A stretch of DNA of 64,000 nucleotides from Longimicrobiales bacterium (GCA_035461085.1 DATHVW010000104.1:6018-70017), one strand, 5' to 3'; positions 54,037-64,000 are shown, counted from the stretch's first letter. Made by a program: numbers and translations. Notes: a model not told the origin generated them from the letters alone.

Positions 54037-56967
54037 TCAGTTCTGGTCGGCGGTCGCGGCGGACCGCGTGCCCGCGCTCAGGTTGCCGTGATGCAGCAGT
54101 GCGTTGAAGACCAGCGCATAGGAGCCCAGGGTCTGGCTGCGCCAGAACGGATTGAAGCTGAACATGACGATGTGGCCGCTGCCGAGCGGGACATCGACCA
54201 GCGCGGGCGCATGCGCCAGCTCCGCGCCGTCGGTGAGGCCGCCGCTGATCAGGAGCTCCTTCGGCTCGCTCGCGAAACGGAGTACCGTGCGCGCCTGTGA
54301 GCCGGCCTGACTGCCGCCGCCGCCGAATCCCTGCTGCTCCTCTTCACCCTGCGTCCGCCGGAACTCGTCCACTGCCGCCCGGCCCATGTCGCGCGGCCGG
54401 CCCTGCACGATGTCCTGCTCGTCGATGCCGCCGCGACCGGAGCGGCGCTCCGTAGTGCTGCCATCGGGCGCATCGCCGGCGCGGGCGATGGCCGGGTTCC
54501 GCTGACCGTCCGCGAACACCGGCCCGCGATTGAAATAGACGCCGAGCGTCTCACCATAGCCGTACATGAGCGGGCTGGCCGCATCGGCGGTTGCCGTTCG
54601 GAACACGCCGCCCGGCGCCCACAGGTTGGGTGTGTCCGCCACGCGCACGCCGCCCGCCATGCCGAAGTGAATGGGCAGCATGCTGCTGTTCGTGATCGTG
54701 ACCAGAGTGCCGCCCTGTTCGACGAAGCGCTGCAGATTCAGCACACCCTGCAGCTCGAGTCCGCCGCGCATGTCGTCGGTCGAATCCTGCCGGCCGAGGT
54801 TGGGCGTGATGTCCGTCTTCTTCCACGGCATCGGGCTGTCGCCCGAGAGGCCGCTCACCACCTGGAGCGGGTCGTTGGACGACGGCCCGAACAGGATCAC
54901 ATCGTAGCGCTCGCGCAGGCGCGGATTATCGCGCGCTTCATGCACGGAGATGTAGTCGAACGGGATGCCGTACTGATCCAGCGCGAGCCGCATCCAGCCT
55001 TCCGTCTGCGTCGTCTGCCACGTGTGCATGACCGCGACGCGCGGCGTCGCGACAGCGTGAGTCGCAACCGCGGGCACGGTGCTCACACCGATGGCAGTGA
55101 ACCCGAACTCCTGCGCGGCATCACTCAGCAGCTGTGCAAGGTTGCCCGGGTTGCCGGACGTCGGGATGATGAACGTTCCCGCATTGAACGTGCGGCCGGC
55201 CGCATCGAACGCGGTCTGCGCCGCCTGCATGCGCAGGTTGCGATGACGGAACCGGAACGACGCGAGATTGTTGTCCGCGTTGTAATTGATGATGAATGCG
55301 CGCGCGCCGCCCGCGTTCTCGACCGCCCCGCCGGCCCGGACGCGTTCCGTCACGGCCTGCATGGGGGCGTCGAGGATCGCGACATCCTCCACGCGCACGG
55401 TCTCGGCATTGTAGAGCGGGCCGAACGTCCAGCCCGTGTCATCGTACGGCCGCGGGTCATCCGGATTGTAGTACTGCCTGTCGAGCATCATGTCGACGGC
55501 GCGCGAGAACGGCTGGTCCATGCGGACGACGTAGCTGCCGGCGCCGAACGTCTGCTCTCCGACCGTGGCCGGCGCCGTCGTGCGGTGCACCTCGGCGCCG
55601 TGGCGCTGGAGCAGATCGAGCAGCTGCGCCTGCTGGCCGGGTCGCGGATCGTCAGCCGGGAACACGTACGCTGCCGGGCCCTCGGCCCGCGCCTTCGCGA
55701 CGCTGCGCTGCGCCTTGAGGTAATAGTTGCTCAGGAACTCCTCACGGTTGTCCGCGACTTCGCGCAGCGCGATCAGCAGCGCACTCTGCTGCAGGTTCAC
55801 GTTGTTGCGGATGGACCAGACGGCCTGCGGCAGAGGCGTGCTCGGCCGGTGCCACTGGCGGTCGACATTGCCGTTCACGATGTAGTTCGAGGCGTCGCGC
55901 GAGCCCTGCGTCTCATAGAACCGGCCGATCGAGTTGCGCATGTTCGCGACCCAGAACATGTAATTCGGCGCCCAGCCGTCGTAGAAGTCGAACGTGTATA
56001 CGCCGGGCACGCCGTGCGCCGTCAGGTCCTTGACTTCCTTGAAGGCCAGCCGGTTCCACTCGCTGACGAGGATCGGGTCGATCCAGGCGTTGTACGGTCC
56101 GCGACCGGTCGACGTATAGAGGTACGTCGCCGACTCATGCAGGTCATGGAACACCGTCGGATTGTACTCGAGGAACGTCCGCACCACGTGCTCCGACAGC
56201 TTCAGCGACAGCGACATGCCGTCGCGGTTGTTGTCGTGTGCCACGTACTTCCCCCAGTACAGCGGCCGCGTGGGGTAGGTACCGTCCGGATCCTTGCGCG
56301 GCGCCATGTGGATGTCGACCACCTTCGCGCGGCCGTCCACTTCGATCACCGGTGTCACCAGCACGATCACATTGTCACGGATCGCACGGATGTGCTCCGA
56401 CTCATCGACCGCCAGCCGGTACACAAGCTCCATCAGCATTTCCGGGGAGCCGGTCTCCGGCGCGTGGATCGCGCCCGTCGCCCAGTAGATCGGCTTTGCC
56501 TGCGGTATGAAGCGTGCCGCTTCCTCCTCCGTCGTGCGCCGCGGATCACCGAGCCGCGCGAGCATGTCCTTGTAGGTGTCGAGCTGCGCGATGGTCTGCT
56601 CGTCCGAGATCGCGACGAGGATCATCTCGCGGCCCTCTTCGCTCTGTCCCATGCTGAACACACGCACGCGCGGCGACGCCGCGGCCACCGCCCGCATGTA
56701 TTCCGCAACGTCCTCCGGGTACGTGAGCTGCTCCGCCGCACCCGCGATATAGCCGTTCGCATCGAGCGGTGTCGGCACGGTGCTCGAGGCCGGCAGATGG
56801 TCGATCAGCGGTGTGAGGAAGAACGGTTCCGTGGTGAAGCGCCGGATCTGCGCCGTATACTCCTCGTCCACCGGCTGCTGCGCGAGCAGCACGTCCGCAC
56901 TCGCGCACAGAACTGCGCACAGTGCAACGACTGCACGCGCCGACCGGCCGAAGCGGCGGTTCAGCAT
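54037..56967 (-). CDS. Large secreted M14 family metallocarboxypeptidase
   Basis: Signal peptide MLNRRFGRSARAVVALCAVLCASA, HxxE zinc motif (GAIHAPETGSPE), and a long C-terminal extension. The track N-extension reads through repeat family 2 and is rejected. Confidence 0.7.
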   Translation of the reverse strand: MLNRRFGRSARAVVALCAVLCASADVLLAQQPVDEEYTAQIRRFTTEPFFLTPLIDHLPASSTVPTPLDANGYIAGAAEQLTYPEDVAEYMRAVAAASPRVRVFSMGQSEEGREMILVAISDEQTIAQLDTYKDMLARLGDPRRTTEEEAARFIPQAKPIYWATGAIHAPETGSPEMLMELVYRLAVDESEHIRAIRDNVIVLVTPVIEVDGRAKVVDIHMAPRKDPDGTYPTRPLYWGKYVAHDNNRDGMSLSLKLSEHVVRTFLEYNPTVFHDLHESATYLYTSTGRGPYNAWIDPILVSEWNRLAFKEVKDLTAHGVPGVYTFDFYDGWAPNYMFWVANMRNSIGRFYETQGSRDASNYIVNGNVDRQWHRPSTPLPQAVWSIRNNVNLQQSALLIALREVADNREEFLSNYYLKAQRSVAKARAEGPAAYVFPADDPRPGQQAQLLDLLQRHGAEVHRTTAPATVGEQTFGAGSYVVRMDQPFSRAVDMMLDRQYYNPDDPRPYDDTGWTFGPLYNAETVRVEDVAILDAPMQAVTERVRAGGAVENAGGARAFIINYNADNNLASFRFRHRNLRMQAAQTAFDAAGRTFNAGTFIIPTSGNPGNLAQLLSDAAQEFGFTAIGVSTVPAVATHAVATPRVAVMHTWQTTQTEGWMRLALDQYGIPFDYISVHEARDNPRLRERYDVILFGPSSNDPLQVVSGLSGDSPMPWKKTDITPNLGRQDSTDDMRGGLELQGVLNLQRFVEQGGTLVTITNSSMLPIHFGMAGGVRVADTPNLWAPGGVFRTATADAASPLMYGYGETLGVYFNRGPVFADGQRNPAIARAGDAPDGSTTERRSGRGGIDEQDIVQGRPRDMGRAAVDEFRRTQGEEEQQGFGGGGSQAGSQARTVLRFASEPKELLISGGLTDGAELAHAPALVDVPLGSGHIVMFSFNPFWRSQTLGSYALVFNALLHHGNLSAGTRSAATADQN

Positions 56968-57043
56968 GGATGTCTCCTTGGTTCCGGATCTGTGGGATGC
57001 CCTACGATACGGCTGAAGTGCGCGCGCGAGCAAGCGGTCGGGG

Positions 57044-57143
57044 GATTCGGGAGCGGGATCGTGTTCGGGAGCGGGAACTGCAAACAAACTGCTTGCAGTC
57101 CCGAACACGCTACCGAACACGATCCCGCTCCCGCTCCCGATTC
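57044..57143. repeat. Palindromic extragenic element, family 2, copy 2
   Basis: Perfect 21-bp stem CGGGAGCGGGATCGTGTTCGG (57048-57068) / CCGAACACGATCCCGCTCCCG (57113-57133), with an inner GGGAaCTGCAA/TTGCAGTCCC hairpin. Confidence 0.85.
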
Positions 57144-57145
57144 CG

Positions 57146-58765
57146 TTATCTGTTCCCCAGGTATCGGCGCGCCGCGACCAGCTCCGGTCGCGTCGGCTCA
57201 CCCTCGCTCATCAGCTCGACGATCTCGCGGTAACGCGCCGTGGCGGTCGCCGTGTCACCGGCCTGCTCGGCCGCGCGGGCGGCGCCGAAGAGAGCCCGGG
57301 CGCGTCGCGGCTCGCGCTCCAGCGTGCGGTTGTACGCGGCGAGGGCATCCGCGGGCCGGCCCAGCTCGAGCAGGAGGTCGCCCTCGAGCTCGCGCGCGGG
57401 GAGCAGGGGACCGGGCGTCACCGGGTGCTTCTCGACGGTCTCCTCGAGGTCGGCGGCCTGGCGTGCAAGCTGGACGGCCGTGGCGTCGTCGCCGGAGGCA
57501 TGTGCGACCCACGCCGCGGCCGCGAGCCGCTGTGCCTCCACGACGGTGGACCAGTATGCGTCGCCGGCGGTGTCGAGCTGAGCCTTCAGACGGGCCAGCT
57601 CATCGACTTCACTCCGGGCCGTTGCGGCGTTTCCGGTGCGCGCCGCGCCGATGGCGCGCGCGAAGCGCGTGACGGCCTGGACGAACGGCGTCGCGCCGAC
57701 GGGTAGCGTCAGCTCGGCTGCGTCCGACCACGCGCCGCGCTCCAGCGCGAAGCGCGCGGGCATGGCCGTGAAGTTATAGCCGAGCAGGCCGCCGTAATAG
57801 CTGTCGTCGATCTGCACGACGCGCTCGACGACGCGGCGCGCATCGCCGTCGCGGCCCTGCTGGAGGTACGCGTACACCATGTAGTCGAGCGGATGCACGG
57901 CCGCATTGGAGTCGGGTTCCGCGCGCGCGGAGCGCATGTTCGTCTCGATCGACTCATCCCAGTATCCGAGCCGCGTGAAGATGTGGGATGGCATGTGCAG
58001 GGCGTGCGGGGCGGCGGGTGCGATGTCGGCGTATGCGAACGCCGCCTTTGTTGCGCGCTCCGCCAGCCGCGGCGAGTCATACGCGTGAATCAGATAGTGC
58101 GCGAGGCCCGGGTGTTCCGGATGCTCGTCGAAGAGCGGCTGCATGATGGCCGCGCCGCGCAGCTGCGCAGCAAACGTGCTGTCCGAGGGTGATGCGTTGG
58201 CGACGACCGTACGCGCATGGAAGATCGCTGCCTCCATGTCCTCCGGATGCGCATCGTGCAACGCCGCGAGCGCCTGCTCGAGCGATGCCATGCGCGCCAT
58301 GTGGTCGCGCGTGCGGTAATCCGCGTAATAGGCAGCCACCGCGTCGATATACATCTGCTCACGGTGGGACGCGGCCCTCCCCAGCTCGAGCGCGCGGTCC
58401 GCTGCCGCGGCTCCCTCCTCCAGGGCAGCGGCCGACGGCGTCGCACGGGTCATGGGATTCCCCAGCATTGTCATCGCAACTCCCCAGTGCGCCATGGCGC
58501 ACCCGGGCTCGGCCTCGATGATCGATGTGAACGCCGCCCGCGCCGATTCGAACCAGAACGAGTGGAGCATTGCGACCGCCCTCTCGAACTGCGGCCGCAC
58601 GGCATCCGAACATGAGACGGGGAATTCCACCTTGCCGAGCTGCGCCGAGTCGCCCGCCGGATGGGGGTGATCCTGCGCTCGTGCGGGCAGGACAAGCATT
58701 GCTGCAGCCGTAGCAGTAACGAGTGTTGCGCGCGCGATGAGCGCGCCGTGGATGAGGCGTCGCAT
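57146..58765 (-). CDS. Secreted TPR-like helical repeat protein
   Basis: Signal peptide MRRLIHGALIARATLVTATAAAMLVLPARA and all-helical Ala/Leu-rich repeats. Function unknown. Confidence 0.45.
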   Translation of the reverse strand: MRRLIHGALIARATLVTATAAAMLVLPARAQDHPHPAGDSAQLGKVEFPVSCSDAVRPQFERAVAMLHSFWFESARAAFTSIIEAEPGCAMAHWGVAMTMLGNPMTRATPSAAALEEGAAAADRALELGRAASHREQMYIDAVAAYYADYRTRDHMARMASLEQALAALHDAHPEDMEAAIFHARTVVANASPSDSTFAAQLRGAAIMQPLFDEHPEHPGLAHYLIHAYDSPRLAERATKAAFAYADIAPAAPHALHMPSHIFTRLGYWDESIETNMRSARAEPDSNAAVHPLDYMVYAYLQQGRDGDARRVVERVVQIDDSYYGGLLGYNFTAMPARFALERGAWSDAAELTLPVGATPFVQAVTRFARAIGAARTGNAATARSEVDELARLKAQLDTAGDAYWSTVVEAQRLAAAAWVAHASGDDATAVQLARQAADLEETVEKHPVTPGPLLPARELEGDLLLELGRPADALAAYNRTLEREPRRARALFGAARAAEQAGDTATATARYREIVELMSEGEPTRPELVAARRYLGNR

Positions 58766-58953
58766 AACGACCTCCGGATGGGGACGGGCTGGAGGATTAC
58801 AGGGGCAACGCGGGCCGCAGCTGTGGCCATGCGCAGGCGGCCCGAGCGAGCCACCACGATGATAACGCGTGCCCGCAGGAGGGCAAGGCCACGTCCGTTC
58901 CGGCGCGTGCCTTGCACCTGGTGCGGACAACCCTGTCACCATGGAGGAGCAGT

Positions 58954-59754
58954 ATGGCCTCGACCTATCCGCTATCCGGCACGGATGCGACAGAGCTGCA
59001 TCCTGTTGCGGTCGAAGACAACGAAAATGTGAACGTCGGCCGCGGTGAACGGCTCGTCTCCGTGCTCGGCGGCAGCGTGCTCGCCCTGTACGGCCTCAAA
59101 CGCCACGATGCGCTCGGCCTCGCGGCCGCTGCGGCGGGAACGCTCCTCATCGAGCGCGGCGTTTCCGGACACTCGGTTGTGTACGATCGGATGAATCTCA
59201 GCACCGGTGGCGGGACGCTGCACGCGGGTGCGGCCGGCGTCGACGTGGAATCCGCGATCAGGGTCCGGCGCGCAGTCACGGTGATGCGGCCCCGGTCCGA
59301 ATGCTATGCGGTGTGGCGGGACTTCACCCGGTTGCCGACGTTCATGGATTACCTCGAGAGTGTCGAGGTGCTGGATGGGACGCGCTCGCGCTGGCGTGCA
59401 AAGGCGCCGGCGGGGCGCACGGTCGAATGGGAGGCCGAGATCGTCAGCGACCTGCCGGACGACTCGATCGCGTGGGCGTCCGTGGACCCGTCGGACATCC
59501 CGAACCGCGGTCGCGTCGAGTTCCGCGATGCGCCCGGCGACCGCGGCACGGAAGTCCACGTGCAGCTCGAGTGGGATCCGCCCGGCGGTCGGCTCGCGAA
59601 GCTCATCGCAACGGTGTTCGGGACAGATCCGCAGCACGAGGTGAACAACGCCCTGCGACGGTTCCGCCAGATCATGGAGACTGGCACGGTCCCGACCGTC
59701 GAGGGCCAGTCGACGGGCCGCGGCCGGGGTGAGACCATCGAGCGGTTGCAGTAG
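58954..59754 (+). CDS. SRPBCC (cyclase/dehydrase) family protein with N-terminal membrane segment
   Basis: GGAGGAG Shine-Dalgarno. N-terminal hydrophobic hairpin (LVSVLGGSVLALYGL...LGLAAAAAGTLLI), then a START-like domain (VWRDFTRLPTFMDYLESVEVL). Confidence 0.55.
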   Translation: MASTYPLSGTDATELHPVAVEDNENVNVGRGERLVSVLGGSVLALYGLKRHDALGLAAAAAGTLLIERGVSGHSVVYDRMNLSTGGGTLHAGAAGVDVESAIRVRRAVTVMRPRSECYAVWRDFTRLPTFMDYLESVEVLDGTRSRWRAKAPAGRTVEWEAEIVSDLPDDSIAWASVDPSDIPNRGRVEFRDAPGDRGTEVHVQLEWDPPGGRLAKLIATVFGTDPQHEVNNALRRFRQIMETGTVPTVEGQSTGRGRGETIERLQ

Positions 59755-59807
59755 CAGGGCGTGGCGCGGGCGGGCTGCGTCACACCATCTCGAGAGCGCT
59801 GCCATGC

Positions 59808-59854
59808 CGGTGATCGCTGCATCGGGATGCAGGCCGGCATGGCAGTATTCTCCT
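59808..59854. terminator. Compound hairpin between convergent SRPBCC and M28 genes
   Basis: Perfect 12-bp stem CTGCCATGCCGG/CCGGCATGGCAG enclosing an inner 7-bp hairpin CTGCATC-GG-GATGCAG. Confidence 0.6.
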
Positions 59855-59890
59855 CCGCCGCGATTGCGCCGCGATTCCCGGCCGTCGCCT

Positions 59891-61597
59891 TCAGCGGGCG
59901 AGCATGGAGTCCCGCAGTGCCTTGAACTCCGCACCCGGCTTCCATTCCGGGAACGCGGCGCGCTGCGACACACGGTACCCGACCTGGAACATCAGCTGCG
60001 CATCATCCACCGCGCCGGTCAGATCCCAGTCCGGCTTCACTTCGTCACTCGGCTTGTGATAGTCGTCGGCCGTGTACTGATCGCGCTTCTGCTGACCGTA
60101 CTCGGGCGCTTTCCCGACGAAGCTCGTGCCCGCGTCCGTATAGAGCGCAGGAACGCCCTGCTTGGCGAACTCGAAGTGGTCGGACCGATAATAGAATCCC
60201 TTCTCGGGCTCCGCGTCCGCAACGAGACGGCGGTTCTGAGTGGCGGCGGCTTCCTGGAGCACGTCGTCCAGCTCTGAATTGCCGAGGCCGATCACGACGA
60301 TGTCATCCGTCCGCCCCCACTGGTTGACGCCGTCCATGTTGATGTTGGCCACCGTACTGGTCAGCGGGTAGAGCGGGTTCTCGGCGTAGTACTTGGCGCC
60401 CAGCAGGCCCCGCTCCTCCGCCGTCACCGCGAGGAACAGGATGGAGCGGGCGGGCGGCTCGGCCAGCCGTGTAAACGCCTCGGCGATCTCCAGCATGGCC
60501 GCGGTACCGGATGCGTTGTCGAGGGCGCCGTTGTAGATGTTGTCGCCCTCCATCGCTTCGTTCATCCCGAGATGGTCCCAGTGTGCAGTGTAGACGACGT
60601 ACTCGTCGGGGCGCTCCGCGCCTTCCACTTTCGCGACCACGTTGCGGGACTGGATCTCGCGGATCTCGTTACGGATCGCGAAGCTGGCCTGCCCACCGAG
60701 ATCGACCGGACGGAAGTCCTTCTGCAGCGCCTGGCGCTTCAGCTCGTCGAAATCATGGCCCATCTGCTGGAGAAACCCGCGTATGGCGGGCTCCGGCATC
60801 CAGGCCTGTACAGCGACACGGCTCATGTTGTTGTCCGGCGACTTGATGTCGAAGCTCTCCTGGCCCCAGCCGGCCGACAGGACCTCGAACGGGTAGCCTG
60901 CCGGTCCCGTCTCATGGACCACGATCGCCGCTGCCGCGCCCTTCTCCGCCGCAATCTCGTATTTGTACGTCCAGCGCCCGTAGTAGGTCATGGCACGGCC
61001 GCGGAACATGTTCTCATCCAGCTGCGTCGAATCGGTCGGGGAGGGGATCGGCGGATCGCTGACGAGCATCACGATCGTCTTCCCGGTCACATCCACGTCC
61101 TTGTAATCGTCCCAGCCGTATTCCGGGGCCACGACGCCATATCCGACGAACACCAGGTCGCTGTCGTCGACGGTGACCTCGGGCATGACGCGGCGGGTCT
61201 CGGCGATGAAATCCCGCGGGCCCTCCAGCTCGATGGTCCGGCCATCAATGCTCAGGCGGCCCTGCACGTCCGAGCGCAGGCCGACGAGCGGAACGTTCTG
61301 GACGAAGGTGCCGTCCGGGTTGCCGGGCGCCAGACCCATTCCGCGGAACTCGTTCTCCAGATACGCGACGGTCCGCTCCTCGCCCACCCCGCCCGGCGCA
61401 CGGCCCTCCATGGAGTCGTCGGCCAGGATCGCGGTCCGCTGCAGGAGGTCTTCGGCCGTGATGCTCTCCATGGCCGGCTGCATCTGCTCGAGCGATACCG
61501 GCTCCTCGGGGGCGGCCTGTTCGTCGCCCGTATCGCAGCCCGCCGCCGCGATGCATGTGAGCGCGGCCGCCACCAATTTCGATCGCATCCTCATCAA
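59891..61597 (-). CDS. M28 family aminopeptidase with PA domain, lipoprotein
   Basis: Lipobox AAAGC, M28 motifs ([34 protein letters not shown]). Confidence 0.8.
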   Translation of the reverse strand: MMRMRSKLVAAALTCIAAAGCDTGDEQAAPEEPVSLEQMQPAMESITAEDLLQRTAILADDSMEGRAPGGVGEERTVAYLENEFRGMGLAPGNPDGTFVQNVPLVGLRSDVQGRLSIDGRTIELEGPRDFIAETRRVMPEVTVDDSDLVFVGYGVVAPEYGWDDYKDVDVTGKTIVMLVSDPPIPSPTDSTQLDENMFRGRAMTYYGRWTYKYEIAAEKGAAAAIVVHETGPAGYPFEVLSAGWGQESFDIKSPDNNMSRVAVQAWMPEPAIRGFLQQMGHDFDELKRQALQKDFRPVDLGGQASFAIRNEIREIQSRNVVAKVEGAERPDEYVVYTAHWDHLGMNEAMEGDNIYNGALDNASGTAAMLEIAEAFTRLAEPPARSILFLAVTAEERGLLGAKYYAENPLYPLTSTVANINMDGVNQWGRTDDIVVIGLGNSELDDVLQEAAATQNRRLVADAEPEKGFYYRSDHFEFAKQGVPALYTDAGTSFVGKAPEYGQQKRDQYTADDYHKPSDEVKPDWDLTGAVDDAQLMFQVGYRVSQRAAFPEWKPGAEFKALRDSMLAR

Positions 61598-61743
61598 TGC
61601 CCCCTCCGGCTCGTTACATGATTTGCTGGACTCTCGTCAATCTGCCGTTCCCGACGGGGTTGCGCCACTTCGCGGTGATTGACGGCATTCCCACGGGCCC
61701 GTTAAACTTGTGGCCTCCCCTCCATTCTCATGCAGAAGGCCGG

Positions 61744-62847
61744 ATGCGAAGCTGCAATCTGCTGCTGCTCCTGATGTTCGTGTCGACAGGGTGCGCCGAG
61801 GAGGCGCCTCCGAAGATCGGTGTCATCGTCAGCGCGGCGCCGGCACAGGCGGCCGATATCGCTGCCGCCGAGCTGGGTCCGGGACAGCTCGGGTACTTCG
61901 AGGCGTTGATTGCAGTGCCGGCGACTCCGGCGACGGATGCAGAGCAGGCCATCGAGCAGGCGTACGCCTTCGTCAACGATCCACGGGTCGTCGCCGTCGT
62001 GGGTCACGCCAACAGCGCATCCAGCCTCGCGGCCTCCCAGATCTACAACACCGCCGGCCTCGTCCAGATCGCACCGACGACTACGGCGCCCGTATACGGC
62101 GCGGCGGGACCGTTCAGCTTCCGACTGGTGCCGAGCGACTCGTTCCAGGCCCAGTACCTGTCGATGGTGCGGGAGCATCATTATCCGGACAGCCGCGTTG
62201 CGCTGGTGCATGTGAACGATGACTACGGACGCGGCCTGGTGCGCATGCTTCGCCCGCAGCTGGACAACATCGTGTTCGAAGGGATGTACGCCGACGGCGG
62301 GGACAGCGTGATGGTCACTCGCCTGCGTGATGGCATAGCGGCCAGTCAAGCTGACCTGCTGGTGTGGCTCGGCCGGCCCCGCACACTTGGTCTGCTCCTG
62401 CCACAGCTGCGCGAGATCGTGCCTGACCTCGCCGTCGTCTGCGCGGACGCCTGTGACACCGCCACCGTATACGACAACGCGGGCGGGCGCTATACCGGCC
62501 TCTTCTTCGTCCGATTCCTCGAACCCGGGGCCACCGACTCCGCTACCGTCTCGTTCCGCTCACGCTACCAGAAGCAGACGGGCGAAGTGGCCAGCGGTGA
62601 GGCACTGCTGACTTATGACGCCGTCCGGCTCGTGCGGGCAGCGCTGCTCGATGGAGCACGCACGCGCGAGGAGGTCAGGCAGTATCTGGTCTCGCTCGGG
62701 GCCGCGCGCCCCGCCTTCGTCGGCATTACCGGCAGCATAGAGTTCGACGGGTCGGGCGCATCGACCAGGCGTCCCTACAGACTCGCGGTCGTGCGCGCGG
62801 GTGGGGTCGAGCCGGCCGAGCACGCCATGGGCCGCTACAAGCAATGA
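61744..62847 (+). CDS. Periplasmic substrate-binding lipoprotein (type I, Leu/Ile/Val-binding-protein-like fold)
   Basis: Lipobox FVSTGC, KIGVIVS..., VVAVVGHANS, and the overall Peripla_BP_6-like pattern. Start at MRSCNLL (track extension trimmed). Confidence 0.55.
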   Translation: MRSCNLLLLLMFVSTGCAEEAPPKIGVIVSAAPAQAADIAAAELGPGQLGYFEALIAVPATPATDAEQAIEQAYAFVNDPRVVAVVGHANSASSLAASQIYNTAGLVQIAPTTTAPVYGAAGPFSFRLVPSDSFQAQYLSMVREHHYPDSRVALVHVNDDYGRGLVRMLRPQLDNIVFEGMYADGGDSVMVTRLRDGIAASQADLLVWLGRPRTLGLLLPQLREIVPDLAVVCADACDTATVYDNAGGRYTGLFFVRFLEPGATDSATVSFRSRYQKQTGEVASGEALLTYDAVRLVRAALLDGARTREEVRQYLVSLGAARPAFVGITGSIEFDGSGASTRRPYRLAVVRAGGVEPAEHAMGRYKQ

Positions 62848-62848
62848 C

Positions 62849-64000
62849 ATGCTGAGGCGCTACTCCGTCCGGCAGGTGATCATCGGCACGCTGGCAGGCG
62901 TCGGCCTGCTCGCGGTCGTCTCCATCGTGGCGCTCCTGGTCACGGCCGCTTCGATGCACCGTAACGTGGAACGTCAGTCCGAAAGACTGCTGGAGGATGA
63001 AGCAACGGGCGACCGTGTCGGCATCCTGGTTCAGAACCAGATCGCAGTCGCCGAACGCTACATGGAAACCGGTGATCCCGCGCTGATCAGGCAGTTCGGG
63101 GAGGAGGGTCTGGAGGTGTACGACCAGATCCGCATGTACCTGTTCCTCGATCTGGAGCCACAGGAGCGGCTGCTCGTCGAACGCATCCGGGAACGTCATC
63201 AGGCCATTGAGGTCGCTGCTCACAACGTCTTCGCGATGCGCGGAACTCCGGAAGCTGCCGCCGAGATTCCCGGGATGGCGGAGCTCCAGGATCAGCTCCG
63301 CTCGTTCCTCAATCTGCGGAGGGAACGGACGCACCGGCTGCTCGTGGAACAGCAGCGCGTCTGGAGCTGGCTCTACATCGCGTGTGGCGTCTTCATCGTG
63401 CTGTTCGTCGCGACGCTGTTCGCCGCGGCCGTCTTCCTGCGCCGCCGGCTTCTCGATCCGCTGCGCAGTCTGACCAAGGCCGCGCGACGTGTGGGTGCCG
63501 GGGACTTCGACGCGCGCGTCCGCGTGACCGGCAACGACGAGCTGGCTGACGTGGCGCAGAGCTTCAACCGGATGGCCGAGCGCCTCCAGCATGCGCGCCG
63601 CGCCGCGCGCGACGCCGAGCACCGGTTCCGTGACCTCGTCGAGGGTGTGAGCACCGTCGTCTGGGAGGGGGACGCCGAGACATTGCGCTGCACCTATGTG
63701 AGCCCGCAGGCCGAGCAGCTGCTGGGCTACAAGGTCAGTGAGTGGACAGCCGGCGACATCTGGCGAACGCTGATCCACCCTGAGGACTACACGGATGTCA
63801 TCCGTGAGTGTGCGACGGCGACACTTGCCGGCCGCGATCACGTGCTGGAGTTCCGCGCCGTTCGCAGTGATGGCGAGGTTGTATGGCTGCGGGATTTCGT
63901 GCGCGTGCTGATCGACGCGAGCGGCCGGCCGAGCCGGCTGCGTGGCGTGCTGACGGATGTGACGCCCATGCGCGCCGCGAGTGACGCGCTCAGGTCCAGC
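62849..64000 (+). CDS. Sensor histidine kinase, N-terminal part (TM - periplasmic region - TM - HAMP - PAS); runs off the window
   Basis: Not in the ORF track because there is no stop in the window. My translation from ATG 62849 is open for all 384 codons. HAMP motif LRSLTKAARRVGAGDFDARVRVTGNDELADVAQSFNRMAERL, then a PAS-like region (VVWEGDAETLRCTYVSPQAEQLLGY). Confidence 0.7.
   Translation, partial: MLRRYSVRQVIIGTLAGVGLLAVVSIVALLVTAASMHRNVERQSERLLEDEATGDRVGILVQNQIAVAERYMETGDPALIRQFGEEGLEVYDQIRMYLFLDLEPQERLLVERIRERHQAIEVAAHNVFAMRGTPEAAAEIPGMAELQDQLRSFLNLRRERTHRLLVEQQRVWSWLYIACGVFIVLFVATLFAAAVFLRRRLLDPLRSLTKAARRVGAGDFDARVRVTGNDELADVAQSFNRMAERLQHARRAARDAEHRFRDLVEGVSTVVWEGDAETLRCTYVSPQAEQLLGYKVSEWTAGDIWRTLIHPEDYTDVIRECATATLAGRDHVLEFRAVRSDGEVVWLRDFVRVLIDASGRPSRLRGVLTDVTPMRAASDALRSS

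Overview
High-GC (roughly 70% by eye, not computed), strongly GC3-biased chromosomal segment from a diderm bacterium (TolC, lipoboxes and a TAT signal are present). The protein repertoire looks Gemmatimonadota-like, but that is a low-confidence inference. I call about 50 protein genes and found no rRNA, tRNA, CRISPR array, integrase, transposase or recognisable defence gene, so this looks like core chromosome rather than an island.

Main gene content:
- ABC-F ATPase, followed by a lytic transglycosylase, thioesterase, recX and DUF2156 gene string.
- A Suv3-like helicase, an AbgT transporter and cysK.
- A MacAB-TolC-type efflux operon carrying its own histidine kinase and sigma-54 activator. 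A GG-N10-GC promoter and a tandem-palindrome enhancer candidate lie upstream.
- D-aminoacylase, pgm, and an FG-GAP plus choice-of-anchor-B propeller protein.
- infA next to a DEAD-box helicase, and a membrane MutS-like ATPase.
- A TetR-controlled HlyD plus ABC-2 efflux operon, M48 and M50B peptidases, and a CDF transporter.
- A minus-strand run of genes: QEGLA protein, GshB-like ligase, speA, e(P4) phosphatase, treZ and a GDE-type glucosidase.
- recQ, lrp, M14 and M28 peptidases, and a substrate-binding protein followed by a partial HAMP-PAS kinase.

The most unusual signals are non-coding:
- About three tandem ~61-nt structured repeats closed by a 10-bp helix and a T7 run (30625-30861).
- Two long inverted-repeat elements with identical 71-nt cores (68-198 and 21853-21979).
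- A second palindromic element family (36736-36804 and 57044-57143).

The most interesting protein-level candidate is the translationally coupled GshB-like ATP-grasp ligase plus DUF1704/QEGLA metallocarboxypeptidase-like pair.

All functional calls rest on motifs read by eye and remembered family signatures. No database search was run.
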